Positions 1 to 8,544 are shown, counted from the stretch's first letter. The stretch is DNA of 64,000 nt from Sphingomonadales bacterium (GCA_031400695.1 JANNQI010000013.1:188-64187), one strand, 5' to 3'. Notes: generated by a model from the letters alone, not told the origin. Made by a program: numbers and translations.

Positions 1-693
<693 letters not shown>

Positions 694-702
694 ACGCGCG
701 CC

Positions 703-730
703 GTCACGGCAATTTTCCTTTTGCCGTGAC
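703..730 (+). terminator. Hairpin downstream of thiC (possible intrinsic terminator)
   Basis: Perfect 10-bp inverted repeat gtcacggcaa(703-712)/ttgccgtgac(721-730) with an 8-nt T-rich loop. The downstream tract is AT-rich but has no clean U-run. Confidence 0.45.
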
Positions 731-884
731 ATATTGTTGCAAATGTTTACGCTAAAGCCACTGCTGACCTCCGACTCGCTTAGTTTTTTGGGCAGAACGC
801 GACAGGGCTGAGTGTTCCCGACTGGTTGTTTGCACTGGCGTTAGGCCGTGCGCCCCGAATCTCGGCCTGCAACAGGAGAGAGAC

Positions 885-1343
885 ATGAACAAGTTAATCA
901 AGATTTGTATCTTTGCGTCTGCGGTCGCGAGCGCAAATGTCGCGCACGCACGAAGCTATGTGTTTCAAACGGTCGAAAAAACCAACGAGGCTGTTAGCGG
1001 TGCACGGCCCGATGGCACTGTGTTTGCTGGGCAAATGACGACTGGAACCATCGAAAGCACGTGGCAGGACGGCAAGAAAACGACCGGTACGTACAAATGC
1101 ATGGGTGTCAGCATGCCGCCAAATGACTCGACCTACAGCTTCCGCATTGTTTGCGAAAGCACGGGCGCAGAAGGCAGTAGCTCGACGATTTGGGGATGCA
1201 CCAACCCGGGCAAGGATACCGGAACAGTCCTGTGCACAGGCTGGGCATTTGGCAAGACCGGCATTTATGCGGGCAAACGCGGCACGATGACCTTTGCCGG
1301 TGCTGGCGGAAAAGGCAGCGGAACCGGTAACTGGGATATGTAG
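885..1343 (+). CDS. Secreted hypothetical protein (cassette 1)
   Basis: ATG preceded by aggagaga. N-terminal signal peptide MNKLIKICIFASAVASANVAHA. Mature part is Gly/Thr-rich with several Cys. No family recognised. Confidence 0.7.
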   Translation: MNKLIKICIFASAVASANVAHARSYVFQTVEKTNEAVSGARPDGTVFAGQMTTGTIESTWQDGKKTTGTYKCMGVSMPPNDSTYSFRIVCESTGAEGSSSTIWGCTNPGKDTGTVLCTGWAFGKTGIYAGKRGTMTFAGAGGKGSGTGNWDM

Positions 1344-1376
1344 CCGCAATCAGCGATAGTCAGGGATGAAGCGAAA

Positions 1377-1412
1377 GGGCGCCGCGTCGGTAATATCGCG
1401 GCGTCCTTTTTT
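1377..1412 (+). terminator. Rho-independent terminator after cassette-1 gene
   Basis: 10-bp stem gggcgccgcg/cgcggcgtcc (one G-U pair), a 10-nt loop, then TTTTTT at 1407-1412. Confidence 0.75.
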
Positions 1413-1485
1413 AATTGGAAACCGAGGGTTTTATTGCGACATGGGAGGCGGCCTGTCCGCTATAGCTTTAGCGAAGGCGGAAAGA

Positions 1486-1557
1486 GGCATGGCGGAGATG
1501 AGCAAGGTCTCGGCCGCGAGCGATATATGGGCGCTGGTGATCGGGAGCATGATTGAG
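1486..1557 (+). repeat. thiC 3'-end repeat, copy B (displaced, non-functional)
   Basis: ggcatggcggagatgagcaaggtct..gcgagcgatatatgggcgctggtgatcgggagcatgattgag aligns to 610-693 with an internal deletion. It lies inside the remnant ORF 1366-1569. Confidence 0.8.
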
Positions 1558-1584
1558 CGGCCGAGTTGAATTGGACCGGATCGA

Positions 1585-2082
1585 ATGACCGCTTATGATT
1601 ACGAGCTCATGTTCAACCTCTCTTTGGTGATTGGCCATGCTGACCATCGAACGGAGACTAGTGGCTTTCCTGACAGTGGTAAAACCTCGACTGTCTTGAG
1701 GGCGGCATTTGTCACATGGTTGGTCGCATGTGAGGAAGCTCGCGCGCAAATTCGAACCAACGATCCAAAGGCTAGCTTTGTAAGACATGTAATTGAATTT
1801 TTGCCTGACGATGACGATCCAGCTTGGGAGCAAACAAACTCGGTGGGGTTTCATGCTTCACTGAAAAATAGAATGCGGGCTCTCTGGGGTATACGGATTG
1901 CCTTTACGCATTCAGATGGCGATATTTTAAAGATTGGAAGTTCTAATAACAGAGAATGGGCGGGATTTGCGCATTTATATGTCAAAGGTGTTACGATGAA
2001 CGAAGACATAATTGACATGTCGCAAGCTGACTTGCACTATATTCATCGGAGCTTTGCTCAACTTCAGACGGTTCTGGTTTAG
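1585..2082 (+). CDS. Hypothetical cytoplasmic protein (cassette 2, AT-rich)
   Basis: 165-aa ORF. Composition is visibly AT-richer than the flanks. No recognisable motifs. Confidence 0.55.
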   Translation: MTAYDYELMFNLSLVIGHADHRTETSGFPDSGKTSTVLRAAFVTWLVACEEARAQIRTNDPKASFVRHVIEFLPDDDDPAWEQTNSVGFHASLKNRMRALWGIRIAFTHSDGDILKIGSSNNREWAGFAHLYVKGVTMNEDIIDMSQADLHYIHRSFAQLQTVLV

Positions 2083-2126
2083 TTTTTAAGTCAACGATAC
2101 CATCGACGTGGTTTTAGCAAGAGGAT

Positions 2127-2204
2127 ATGTCAAAGTTGAGCAAGGTCTATGACACGACCGGGCGTGAGCGATTTTTTGGCGCTGGTGATCGGATCATGAT
2201 TGCG
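2127..2204 (+). repeat. thiC 3'-end repeat, copy C (displaced, decayed)
   Basis: atgtcaaagttgagcaaggtctatgacacgaccgggcgtgagcg...ggcgctggtgatcggatcatgattgcg aligns to copies A and B. It shares the ggcgctggtgatcgg variant with copy B. Confidence 0.8.
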
Positions 2205-2229
2205 GTGGATCACATGCAAAGGGGGCAAC

Positions 2230-2733
2230 ATGAAGGATATTAACGCAATTGAAGCTCAACTCGTGAGAACATTGAGCTTTTTTCCTCGTGTCGATACAAA
2301 AGTATCAGGTCTTTTCACGGTAAACTCTGCCATCTTGACCATCAGTGCGCTCAATGTTGAGGCTGGCGACTTGCGCCACTGGTATGTTGCAATTCCGGGA
2401 ATTTTATTGGTTATCGGGCTGATCGCATCATACATATTTCTTTATCGATGCAATTTTCCAGAATTGGAAGGCGGGCAGGGTAGCCTGATCTACTTCGCAG
2501 AGGTACAAAAACGAACAGAGCCTAGCTACGTTTCTGATTATGAAGCGGCAAGTGAAAGCAGTTACCGCGCCGACTTGCTTGGTCAAATCTGGCGTAACTC
2601 GCAAATACTCTGTATGAAATATGAGGCAATTGCTATGGCGATCCGGACTACCTTAGCAACGCTCGTTCCATTTGCGGCCTTTCTTATTATGACAGCGATC
2701 GAACACACCCGCCTGCCAGTTTTGAATAGCTAA
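2230..2733 (+). CDS. Three-TM membrane protein, candidate Pycsar-type effector (PycTM-like)
   Basis: ATG at 2230 follows aaaggggg. Predicted TM segments are VSGLFTVNSAILTISALNV, WYVAIPGILLVIGLIASYIFLY and AIRTTLATLVPFAAFLIMTAI. A soluble linker carries LLGQIWRNSQILCMKYEAI. The stop lies 4 nt before the cyclase ATG. Confidence 0.7.
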   Translation: MKDINAIEAQLVRTLSFFPRVDTKVSGLFTVNSAILTISALNVEAGDLRHWYVAIPGILLVIGLIASYIFLYRCNFPELEGGQGSLIYFAEVQKRTEPSYVSDYEAASESSYRADLLGQIWRNSQILCMKYEAIAMAIRTTLATLVPFAAFLIMTAIEHTRLPVLNS

Positions 2734-2736
2734 ACA

Positions 2737-3444
2737 ATGGCACTAAAGGACGATCTAACCAACTCGGTCAAAGGCATTTTGGGCAAAACCTTCAAAGAGC
2801 GGGATGGGCAGAAAATCCCGACCTCTGAAGATATCTCGCTTACCGATGGAGCGGTTAAGCTTGATGCTGCATTTCTTTACGCAGACCTTGCTGGCTCTGG
2901 CATGATTGCAAAGCAATGCCCTTGGGATACCACAGCCAAAATTATACGTGCCTATTTGGACTGTGCCACGCGCATTATACGCGCGCACGGAGGAGAAATT
3001 CGCAGCTTTGACGGTGACAGGGTGATGGGTGTGTTCATTGGAGAGGCAAAAAGGACCAATGCTGTAAAATCGGCAATGAAAATACAGTGGGCAACCGAGC
3101 ACATAATTGAACCAGAAGCTAAATCGAGATTTAACTCGGTAAAGAACAATGATGTCAAAATAAAGCAGGCCTGCGGTGTCGATGTTGGTATAAGCAGAGC
3201 CGTCCGCGCTGGTATCCGAAATAACAATGACATTATTTGGATTGGCCGCCCACCAAGCTTTGCAGCCAAACTCTCGGATAATCGTGAATACCCTTATTGT
3301 ACTTTTATTTCCGAGGCCGTTTATAAGAACATGGCAGACGAAACTAAATTTGCGAACGGCAACAGCATGTGGGAAAGCCGCGCAACAAATTTCGCTGGCG
3401 TCAATGAAACCTGTTACCGCTCCAATTATTGGTGGAAACCATGA
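2737..3444 (+). CDS. Stand-alone class III nucleotidyl cyclase (PycC-like; product nucleotide unknown)
   Basis: Cyclase catalytic-core motifs are present: AFLYADLAGSG and HGGEIRSFDGDRVMGVF (the two metal-binding Asp), then GVDVGISRAVRAGI...IWIGRPPSFAAKLS. There is no sensor or regulatory domain. 235 aa. Confidence 0.8.
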   Translation: MALKDDLTNSVKGILGKTFKERDGQKIPTSEDISLTDGAVKLDAAFLYADLAGSGMIAKQCPWDTTAKIIRAYLDCATRIIRAHGGEIRSFDGDRVMGVFIGEAKRTNAVKSAMKIQWATEHIIEPEAKSRFNSVKNNDVKIKQACGVDVGISRAVRAGIRNNNDIIWIGRPPSFAAKLSDNREYPYCTFISEAVYKNMADETKFANGNSMWESRATNFAGVNETCYRSNYWWKP

Positions 3445-3474
3445 GGCATTCAAAGGTTGCCGTGGCAGTTCACT

Positions 3475-3595
3475 AATTCTCCGGCACCAACATCTCCACC
3501 AGCCGCCGCAGTTCTCCCGCTGTCGTTGCCCCACGACTACCTCATGACAGCCGATACCCGCCCCCGCGCAGCGTGGGCCTTTCACCGCGTCCCTT
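3475..3595 (-). repeat. DUF2726 3'-end-derived repeat R1 (decayed, frameshifted)
   Basis: Minus-strand reading gives RDAVKGPRCAGAGIGCHEVVVG, then in another frame ATTAGELRRLVEMLVPEN*. Compare the intact gene tail at 4162-4290. Confidence 0.75.
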
Positions 3596-3626
3596 AAATT
3601 CCGGGGACAGTAGGTTACTCAGACGC

Positions 3627-4136
3627 TCACCCCAACCGCGCCAACGCTTCATCCAGCGCCTGCAAAAACCGTGACCGGTCGGCTTTGGCAAAGGGTGCGG
3701 GGCCTCCGGTGATGCCGTCCATTCCGGCGCGCAGGTCGGCCATGATCGCGCGCGTGGCGACGGCGCCGCCGATGGAGGCGCTGGTGAACAGCTTGCCGTT
3801 GTTGCCGATCACCACCGCGCCAGCCTTCAGGCACCGGTCCGCCAGCAATATGTCCGCGGTGATCACCACGCTGCGCTTGTCCGCTTGCTCCGCGATCCAG
3901 TCATCGGCGGCGTCGAATCTGTCCGACACGACGACCCGCGTGATCAATGGATGGTCGGGCATACGAAAGCGCGCATTGCTGACCAGCACCACGGGCACAT
4001 TGCGGCGCCAGGCGACCTTGTAAATCTCCTCCTTCACCGGACACGCATCGGCATCGACCAATATGCGGGGCGACGGGGTGCGCAGCGAGAGGGGAGGCGA
4101 TTTATGAGGCAGGGGATCGGGGCTGTCGGAAGTCAT
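3627..4136 (-). CDS. YaiI/YqxD family protein (DUF188, PIN-like fold)
   Basis: ILVDADACPVKEEIY...VVLVSN...DAADDWI...VITADILLADRC...GAVVIGNNGKLF is the typical UPF0178 pattern. Confidence 0.8.
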   Translation of the reverse strand: MTSDSPDPLPHKSPPLSLRTPSPRILVDADACPVKEEIYKVAWRRNVPVVLVSNARFRMPDHPLITRVVVSDRFDAADDWIAEQADKRSVVITADILLADRCLKAGAVVIGNNGKLFTSASIGGAVATRAIMADLRAGMDGITGGPAPFAKADRSRFLQALDEALARLG

Positions 4137-4161
4137 ATTCAGTTCGGGGCTTTATACCGAT

Positions 4162-4800
4162 TTAGCCCCCCGGCACCAACTTCTCCACCAGCCGCTTCAA
4201 CTCGCTCGGCGTCGTGTGCCCTGCCACTACCTCATGATAACCAATGCCCGCCGTGCGCAGCGCTTCCTTCTTCACTGCGTCCCTTGCCGCCGCCGTGCCT
4301 TGATGGTGGCCGCTGCCCTGATATTCGATTGCGTGGACCACGCGCGCGTCGGGGTCCATTAGCGCAAAGTCGACGCGCTTTGAATTGATGCATCCAAAAG
4401 CGGCCGTGTCGCGGCTTGTCAGAAACTCGCCCAATGACACCTGCGCCATCACCTGCCAGCCGGGGTTACGCGCGATGACGGCGGCGTCGAGCGCCTTGAA
4501 AAGATTGACCTCGCGCCGGTTGAGCAGGGCGCGCGCGCTGAAATCGGCGGCCATCACGCAGGCGAGCTGATCGGTCGCGCTGCCATTGGCCTTCGCCGCC
4601 TCGGCCAGCCCGTCTTTCTTTAGCGGAACAAATTTGCCGCCTTTCTTGCCTGAATTACGCCCCTGCCAATAGGCTCTGCGCTCGGCCCGCTTCTGCCCCT
4701 CGACCAGCCGCTCCACAGTAATGCCCAAAACCGCACCCACCGCCAACACTGCGATGAGCACCAAAGGCCTGTCAATCAGCGCAAGAAGTTCGGGCGGCAT
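4162..4800 (-). CDS. Membrane-anchored DUF2726 (endonuclease-like fold) protein, the only intact copy
   Basis: N-terminal TM LVLIAVLAVGAVLGITV. C-terminal domain ...RVDFALMDPDARVVHAIEYQGSGHHQGTAAARDAVKKEALRTAGIGYHEVVAG... Confidence 0.75.
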   Translation of the reverse strand: MPPELLALIDRPLVLIAVLAVGAVLGITVERLVEGQKRAERRAYWQGRNSGKKGGKFVPLKKDGLAEAAKANGSATDQLACVMAADFSARALLNRREVNLFKALDAAVIARNPGWQVMAQVSLGEFLTSRDTAAFGCINSKRVDFALMDPDARVVHAIEYQGSGHHQGTAAARDAVKKEALRTAGIGYHEVVAGHTTPSELKRLVEKLVPGG

Positions 4801-4834
4801 AATGCCGATATGCTATGGGATGCTCAACAAATCG

Positions 4835-4960
4835 TCAACGCCGCCCCGCGACCACCTGATGACAGCCGATGCCCGCACGCAGCGCTTCCTTCTTCACCGC
4901 GTCCCGCGCCGCCGCTGTGCCTTGATGGTGGCCGTTGCCCTGATATTCGATTGCGTGCAT
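4835..4960 (-). repeat. DUF2726 3'-end-derived repeat R3 (5'-truncated copy, 41-codon remnant ORF)
   Basis: Minus strand reads MHAIEYQGNGHHQGTAAARDAVKKEALRAGIGCHQVVAGRR*. It begins 4 nt after the stop of the upstream gene 4965-5537. Confidence 0.8.
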
Positions 4961-4964
4961 TCTA

Positions 4965-5537
4965 TCACCCGCCAAGCGGCATTGTCAGAGTGAGCGCGGC
5001 GCTCAACACCAGCGCCAGTGGCACCAGCACGGCGTGGACTCGCCGCGATGGCACCATGGCCAGCACGCCCGCTACGACGAGGCCAAGCCAGAAGTCGCGC
5101 ATCGAAACGATCACCGGCCAGCTTATCCCGGGCTTTATCACGCCCGCTGCGATCAGGAGCGCATAGAGCGCCACAAAGCTGGTCCAGATGTACCGCTTGC
5201 GCGCTTCGTAATGCGCCGCGAGATCAACATTCTTGCGCGCCGCAGGTTCGGGCAATACTGCGCGCGCGGTCAGGTATAAAGCGACCAGTTGCGCGAGGAT
5301 CAGCACGAACTGCCAAAGCTGCACGTCGGGGCCGGTCGAGCGCAGCGTGCGCCACGACGTCCACCATCCGGCAACGATGTTGAGCGTCACGAATGCCGCG
5401 ACCGACAGCAACAGCCAGTCCCAGCGCACCTGTCGGCGCGCCACGATCAAATGGTGCAGGTTGGATATCAGCGTCGAGATCGCCAAGCCGGAAATGATCG
5501 CCAGCAGGCCGAGAACATATCCGCCTTGGTCCGTCAT
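4965..5537 (-). CDS. Polytopic membrane protein, unknown function
   Basis: 190-aa ORF with about 5-6 hydrophobic helices (LGLLAIISGLAISTLI, LLLSVAAFVTLNIVAGWW, FVLILAQLVALYL ...). Confidence 0.65.
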   Translation of the reverse strand: MTDQGGYVLGLLAIISGLAISTLISNLHHLIVARRQVRWDWLLLSVAAFVTLNIVAGWWTSWRTLRSTGPDVQLWQFVLILAQLVALYLTARAVLPEPAARKNVDLAAHYEARKRYIWTSFVALYALLIAAGVIKPGISWPVIVSMRDFWLGLVVAGVLAMVPSRRVHAVLVPLALVLSAALTLTMPLGG

Positions 5538-5625
5538 TTTCCCCCCATTCAGCTATGACCGATGCCACCGATATTCAGGTTATCACGGGAATCCCAGGGG
5601 TGCTATATAGATTACTCACTCACCC

Positions 5626-5800
5626 TCAGGCACCAACTTCTCTCGTCTCCGCCGCAGCTCTCCCGCTGTTATGTGCCCCGCGCTGCATGATAGCCGATGC
5701 CCGCCTTGCGCAGTGCTTCCTTCTTCACCGCGTCGCGCGCGGCGGCGGCGGCGGGACTCGCTGCCCTTGCCTTACCTGCCCATATCGTTACCGTGATTTC
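5626..5800 (-). repeat. DUF2726 3'-end-derived repeat R4 (decayed, frameshifted)
   Basis: Minus strand reads ...AAAAARDAVKKEALRKAGIGYH, then after a shifted frame ITAGELRRRREKLVPEGE*. Confidence 0.75.
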
Positions 5801-5879
5801 CTGGTCGTCGATGCCGCGTTCATATTTGCTGCGCAGGCGGTGGGGCGGACATCGATGCTGGCATAGGGGAGGCACCGAA

Positions 5880-6428
5880 ATGACACTCGAACAGCTCAGC
5901 CTGATCGCTCAAATCCTCAGCGTGCTGCTGATCCCGGCTTCGCTGATCTTTGTCGGCATGCAGATGCGCCAGACCCATGCAATCGAGCGGGCCAACGCGC
6001 AGCGGCACGTGCTTTCGCAATGGCAGGATTGGATGAACTCGCTGGCGCAAAATGCCGAAGCCTTCGCCGACGTGCGGGATTGCCTGCATGACTATGCCGG
6101 GCAAAAAGAATTCAAGCGGCATCGGTTTTTTGCCTGGGCCTTTGAAAGCCTGTGGATCGCCGAGCAGACTCTTTATCAATGGAACGAAGGGCTGATCAAC
6201 GAGAAGCCGTTCCTCGGTTCGATCAATGCTGTTATGGCGATCATCGTGACGCCCGGCGGGCAGCAATGGTGGGTCGATGCCCAAAAGCTGGTCGGCGGTG
6301 ACATCCGGGATTACCTCGCCGAGCGGCTGGCCGGGAACGCTATCGACTTACCGCAGCAATGGCAGGACCTGGCAACGCATTTCCGGCTGCCTGAGACCGA
6401 TGGAGCAACACCGCCGCCGATGCCATAA
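5880..6428 (+). CDS. Hypothetical protein with N-terminal TM anchor
   Basis: ATG at 5880 follows aggggagg. N-terminus MTLEQLSLIAQILSVLLIPASLIFVGM. The upstream part of the 243-aa track ORF lies in repeat R4 and is not considered coding. Confidence 0.6.
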   Translation: MTLEQLSLIAQILSVLLIPASLIFVGMQMRQTHAIERANAQRHVLSQWQDWMNSLAQNAEAFADVRDCLHDYAGQKEFKRHRFFAWAFESLWIAEQTLYQWNEGLINEKPFLGSINAVMAIIVTPGGQQWWVDAQKLVGGDIRDYLAERLAGNAIDLPQQWQDLATHFRLPETDGATPPPMP

Positions 6429-6467
6429 TGTGGTGAGATAACCGTCATAGTGCGCTCATTGGCCGCC

Positions 6468-6600
6468 CCTTCAGGCACCAACTGCTCCACCAGCCGCCGC
6501 AACTCTCCCGCTGTTATCTGCCCCGCGACCACCTCATGAGTGCCGATGCCCGCCCCCACGCAGCGCTTCCGTCTTCACCGCGTGACGCGCGGCGGCGGCG
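6468..6600 (-). repeat. DUF2726 3'-end-derived repeat R5 (decayed)
   Basis: Minus strand reads AAARHAVKTEALRGGG / GIGTHEVVAGQITAGELRRLVEQLVPEG, with a frameshift between the two parts. Confidence 0.75.
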
Positions 6601-7387
6601 CTGCCGCAGAGGGTGTGGCCGCCGCGCCAACCGCGCGGCGATGCAAATGCCAGGTTGCATGGCCCAGTACCGGCAACACAACAAACAATCCGGCGAACAG
6701 CGGGAGCATGGCGAGGATCAAAGTAACCGCGATCAGCACCGCCCAGGCGATCATGATCGGTTTGTTGGCGCCGAACACGCTCAGGCTAATGATGATCGCG
6801 GTGATGAAATCCACGTCGCGGTCGACCAGCACCGGCAGGCTGACCACCGTGATCGCAAACAGCGCCAGCGCGAACAGCCCGCCGACCACACCGCCAACGC
6901 CCAGCATTAGCAATGCATCAGCCGAAAGCAGCAAAGCCCCGGATTCCGAACCGATCCCGCTGTCCCCCAGAAAGATCGCGAAAATGCCGTGGGCCAGGAT
7001 CATCCAGAAACTGAAGGCCACAAAGATGATGCCGCCCATCATCAACAATTGCTCGTCGCCCCGGCCCTTGAGCGCGCCGAGCACCGCGCCCCATCGCATC
7101 GGTTCGCCTGCTTCGCGCCGCCGGCTGACTTCAAACAGCCCGACGGCGGAAAAGGGCGCCAACAGGGGAAATCCCGCCATCAGCGGGATCAGCCACCAGC
7201 CCTGGCCGACGCGCGACAGGCCGTAAAGAAGGGTCAGGCCTCCGGCGACATAAAAGGCGGCAAAGAACAGGCCGAACAACGGGTAAGCGGCAAAGTCCCG
7301 CCATCCGGCGGCAACAGCGGAACTCAGGTCCCGCAGGGTCAAATCCCGTGCGAGACTGACCTGTGCCAAGGGCGAAGAAACGCTCAC
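6575..7387 (-). CDS. DUF2189-like integral membrane protein (start uncertain: GTG 7387 or ATG 7459)
   Basis: LRDLSSAVAAGWRDFAAYPLFGLFFAAFYVAGG..., multiple TM helices, and a C-terminal GHATWHLHRR. The first 24 codons of the 294-aa ORF lie in repeat R6. The last roughly 10 codons run into R5. Confidence 0.7.
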   Translation of the reverse strand: MSVSSPLAQVSLARDLTLRDLSSAVAAGWRDFAAYPLFGLFFAAFYVAGGLTLLYGLSRVGQGWWLIPLMAGFPLLAPFSAVGLFEVSRRREAGEPMRWGAVLGALKGRGDEQLLMMGGIIFVAFSFWMILAHGIFAIFLGDSGIGSESGALLLSADALLMLGVGGVVGGLFALALFAITVVSLPVLVDRDVDFITAIIISLSVFGANKPIMIAWAVLIAVTLILAMLPLFAGLFVVLPVLGHATWHLHRRAVGAAATPSAAAPPPRVTR

Positions 7388-7411
7388 GATGTGAAGTCTG
7401 CCGCAAAGCGG

Positions 7412-7475
7412 CGACCGATGCAACCGCGCCCAATCGCCACGCTGCGATTCCTTCTTCACCGCCGCCTCAACGACA
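7412..7475 (-). repeat. DUF2726 3'-end-derived repeat R6 (short, decayed)
   Basis: gcggtgaagaaggaatcgcagcgtggcgattgggcgcggttgcatcggtcgcc aligns with the AVKKEALR..GIGYH coding segment of 4162-4800. Confidence 0.55.
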
Positions 7476-7591
7476 TAATGACGTTAGGAAATGCGACGTT
7501 AGCGTGCTACACTCGCATCGGGTCGCGGAGGTGTCGTGTGTCAGTGCTTGTGCAAACAAGCGGCAGGCGGCACGCATTGGAGAGGACCTAT

Positions 7592-7963
7592 ATGAAAAAA
7601 CTGCTCTTGATCGCGGCCTTGCTGCTGCCCGGCCCCGCTATGGCCAACACGCTCGACGTTATTACCTCGAAACTGAAGGACGGTTGCACGTTCGGAACCT
7701 ATCTCGGCATCACCCGGGAGTTCAACGAAAGTTGGGGCAAGGCCAATGGGTATAATGCCCAACTGATGCTGCCCGTCCATAGCTCCGATTCGAGAATGGT
7801 TGTCTGGGTCGGTAACACGGCTTCGGCACAAGCGTTCGGCAAGGCGTGGGACGTGTGGCGCAATGCGATGGCCAATCCCAATTCGGTCGAGGCAAAATTG
7901 CAGGCGCGTTTCGATGCCTGCAGCACGCAAATCTCGCGGGCGAGTTACGACACCTATCAATAA
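7592..7963 (+). CDS. Small secreted hypothetical protein
   Basis: ATG at 7592 follows ggagagga. Signal peptide MKKLLLIAALLLPGPAMA. Only the last 123 codons of the 324-aa track ORF are considered real. Confidence 0.65.
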   Translation: MKKLLLIAALLLPGPAMANTLDVITSKLKDGCTFGTYLGITREFNESWGKANGYNAQLMLPVHSSDSRMVVWVGNTASAQAFGKAWDVWRNAMANPNSVEAKLQARFDACSTQISRASYDTYQ

Positions 7964-8039
7964 TCCGGCGAACGACGGCGGGGCCAGCCTTCGCCGTCTC
8001 GTCTACATGCGCCGAATACCGGGGAGCGGTTCGAAAAAT

Positions 8040-8417
8040 TTAACCCGCTTTCCCCATCCGCCGCCAGCCCCACAGGCTGAGCGCCAGCATCGCTGCATTC
8101 GCACCGAAATCCAGCGCCATCCAGCGATTGAGTATCGGCACTTCGTAGACGAACCAGTAATTGAACCAGAAAAAGGGCAGCAGCGCGATTGCGTAGACAA
8201 GGAAGGTCTTGGCGGTCCACTGGCTGAACCAGATGAACAGCCCGCCCAGCACCGCCTGCGCGCCGAAACAGCCGATCATCAGCGCACTCGTCGCGCTCAG
8301 ATGCTGATAGGCGGGGGTGAACATCAGCCGCTCGACCATGTGCGGTGCGATCAGGCACCAACCGCCGAGGACCAGATAGGGGAGCGCGATAAGGCGTTGC
8401 AGGAGCAGAGGCGTCAT
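8040..8417 (-). CDS. Small polytopic membrane protein (start ATG 8417 or TTG 8435)
   Basis: Four hydrophobic segments (LIALPYLVLGGWCLIAP, ALMIGCFGAQAVLGGLFIWF, FLVYAIALLPFFWFNYWF, AAMLALSLWGW). Confidence 0.6.
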   Translation of the reverse strand: MTPLLLQRLIALPYLVLGGWCLIAPHMVERLMFTPAYQHLSATSALMIGCFGAQAVLGGLFIWFSQWTAKTFLVYAIALLPFFWFNYWFVYEVPILNRWMALDFGANAAMLALSLWGWRRMGKAG

Positions 8418-8473
8418 GGCGCTAACATAACGCAAGCCGGCAGGACCCGCAGTATGCGGCGGCAGTGGACCAT

Positions 8474-8543
8474 TTCCCCGGCATCAACTTTTCCAAGCCG
8501 CCGCAGCAGCCCTCCCGCTGTTCTGTGCACCGCTACCACCAAC
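8474..8543 (-). repeat. DUF2726 3'-end-derived repeat R7 (last ~25 codons only)
   Basis: Minus strand reads VVAVHRTAGGLLRRLGKVDAG, compared with VVAGQxTAGELRRLVExLVPG in other copies. It starts directly after the stop of 8545-8916. Confidence 0.65.
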
Positions 8544-8544
8544 C

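Noticed and set aside
1366-1569. 67-aa ORF
   Set aside because: It overlaps the rho-independent terminator at 1377-1412 at its start. Its C-terminal half is the displaced thiC-end repeat copy B read in frame. It is treated as a remnant, not a gene.
2755-3585. 276-aa minus-strand ORF overlapping the cyclase gene
   Set aside because: It is antisense to an ORF with clear cyclase catalytic motifs. Its 5' part is simply read-through of repeat R1.
6989-7963. 324-aa plus-strand ORF
   Set aside because: The first roughly 200 codons are antisense to the DUF2189-like gene. Only the segment from ATG 7592, which has an RBS and a signal peptide, is considered coding.
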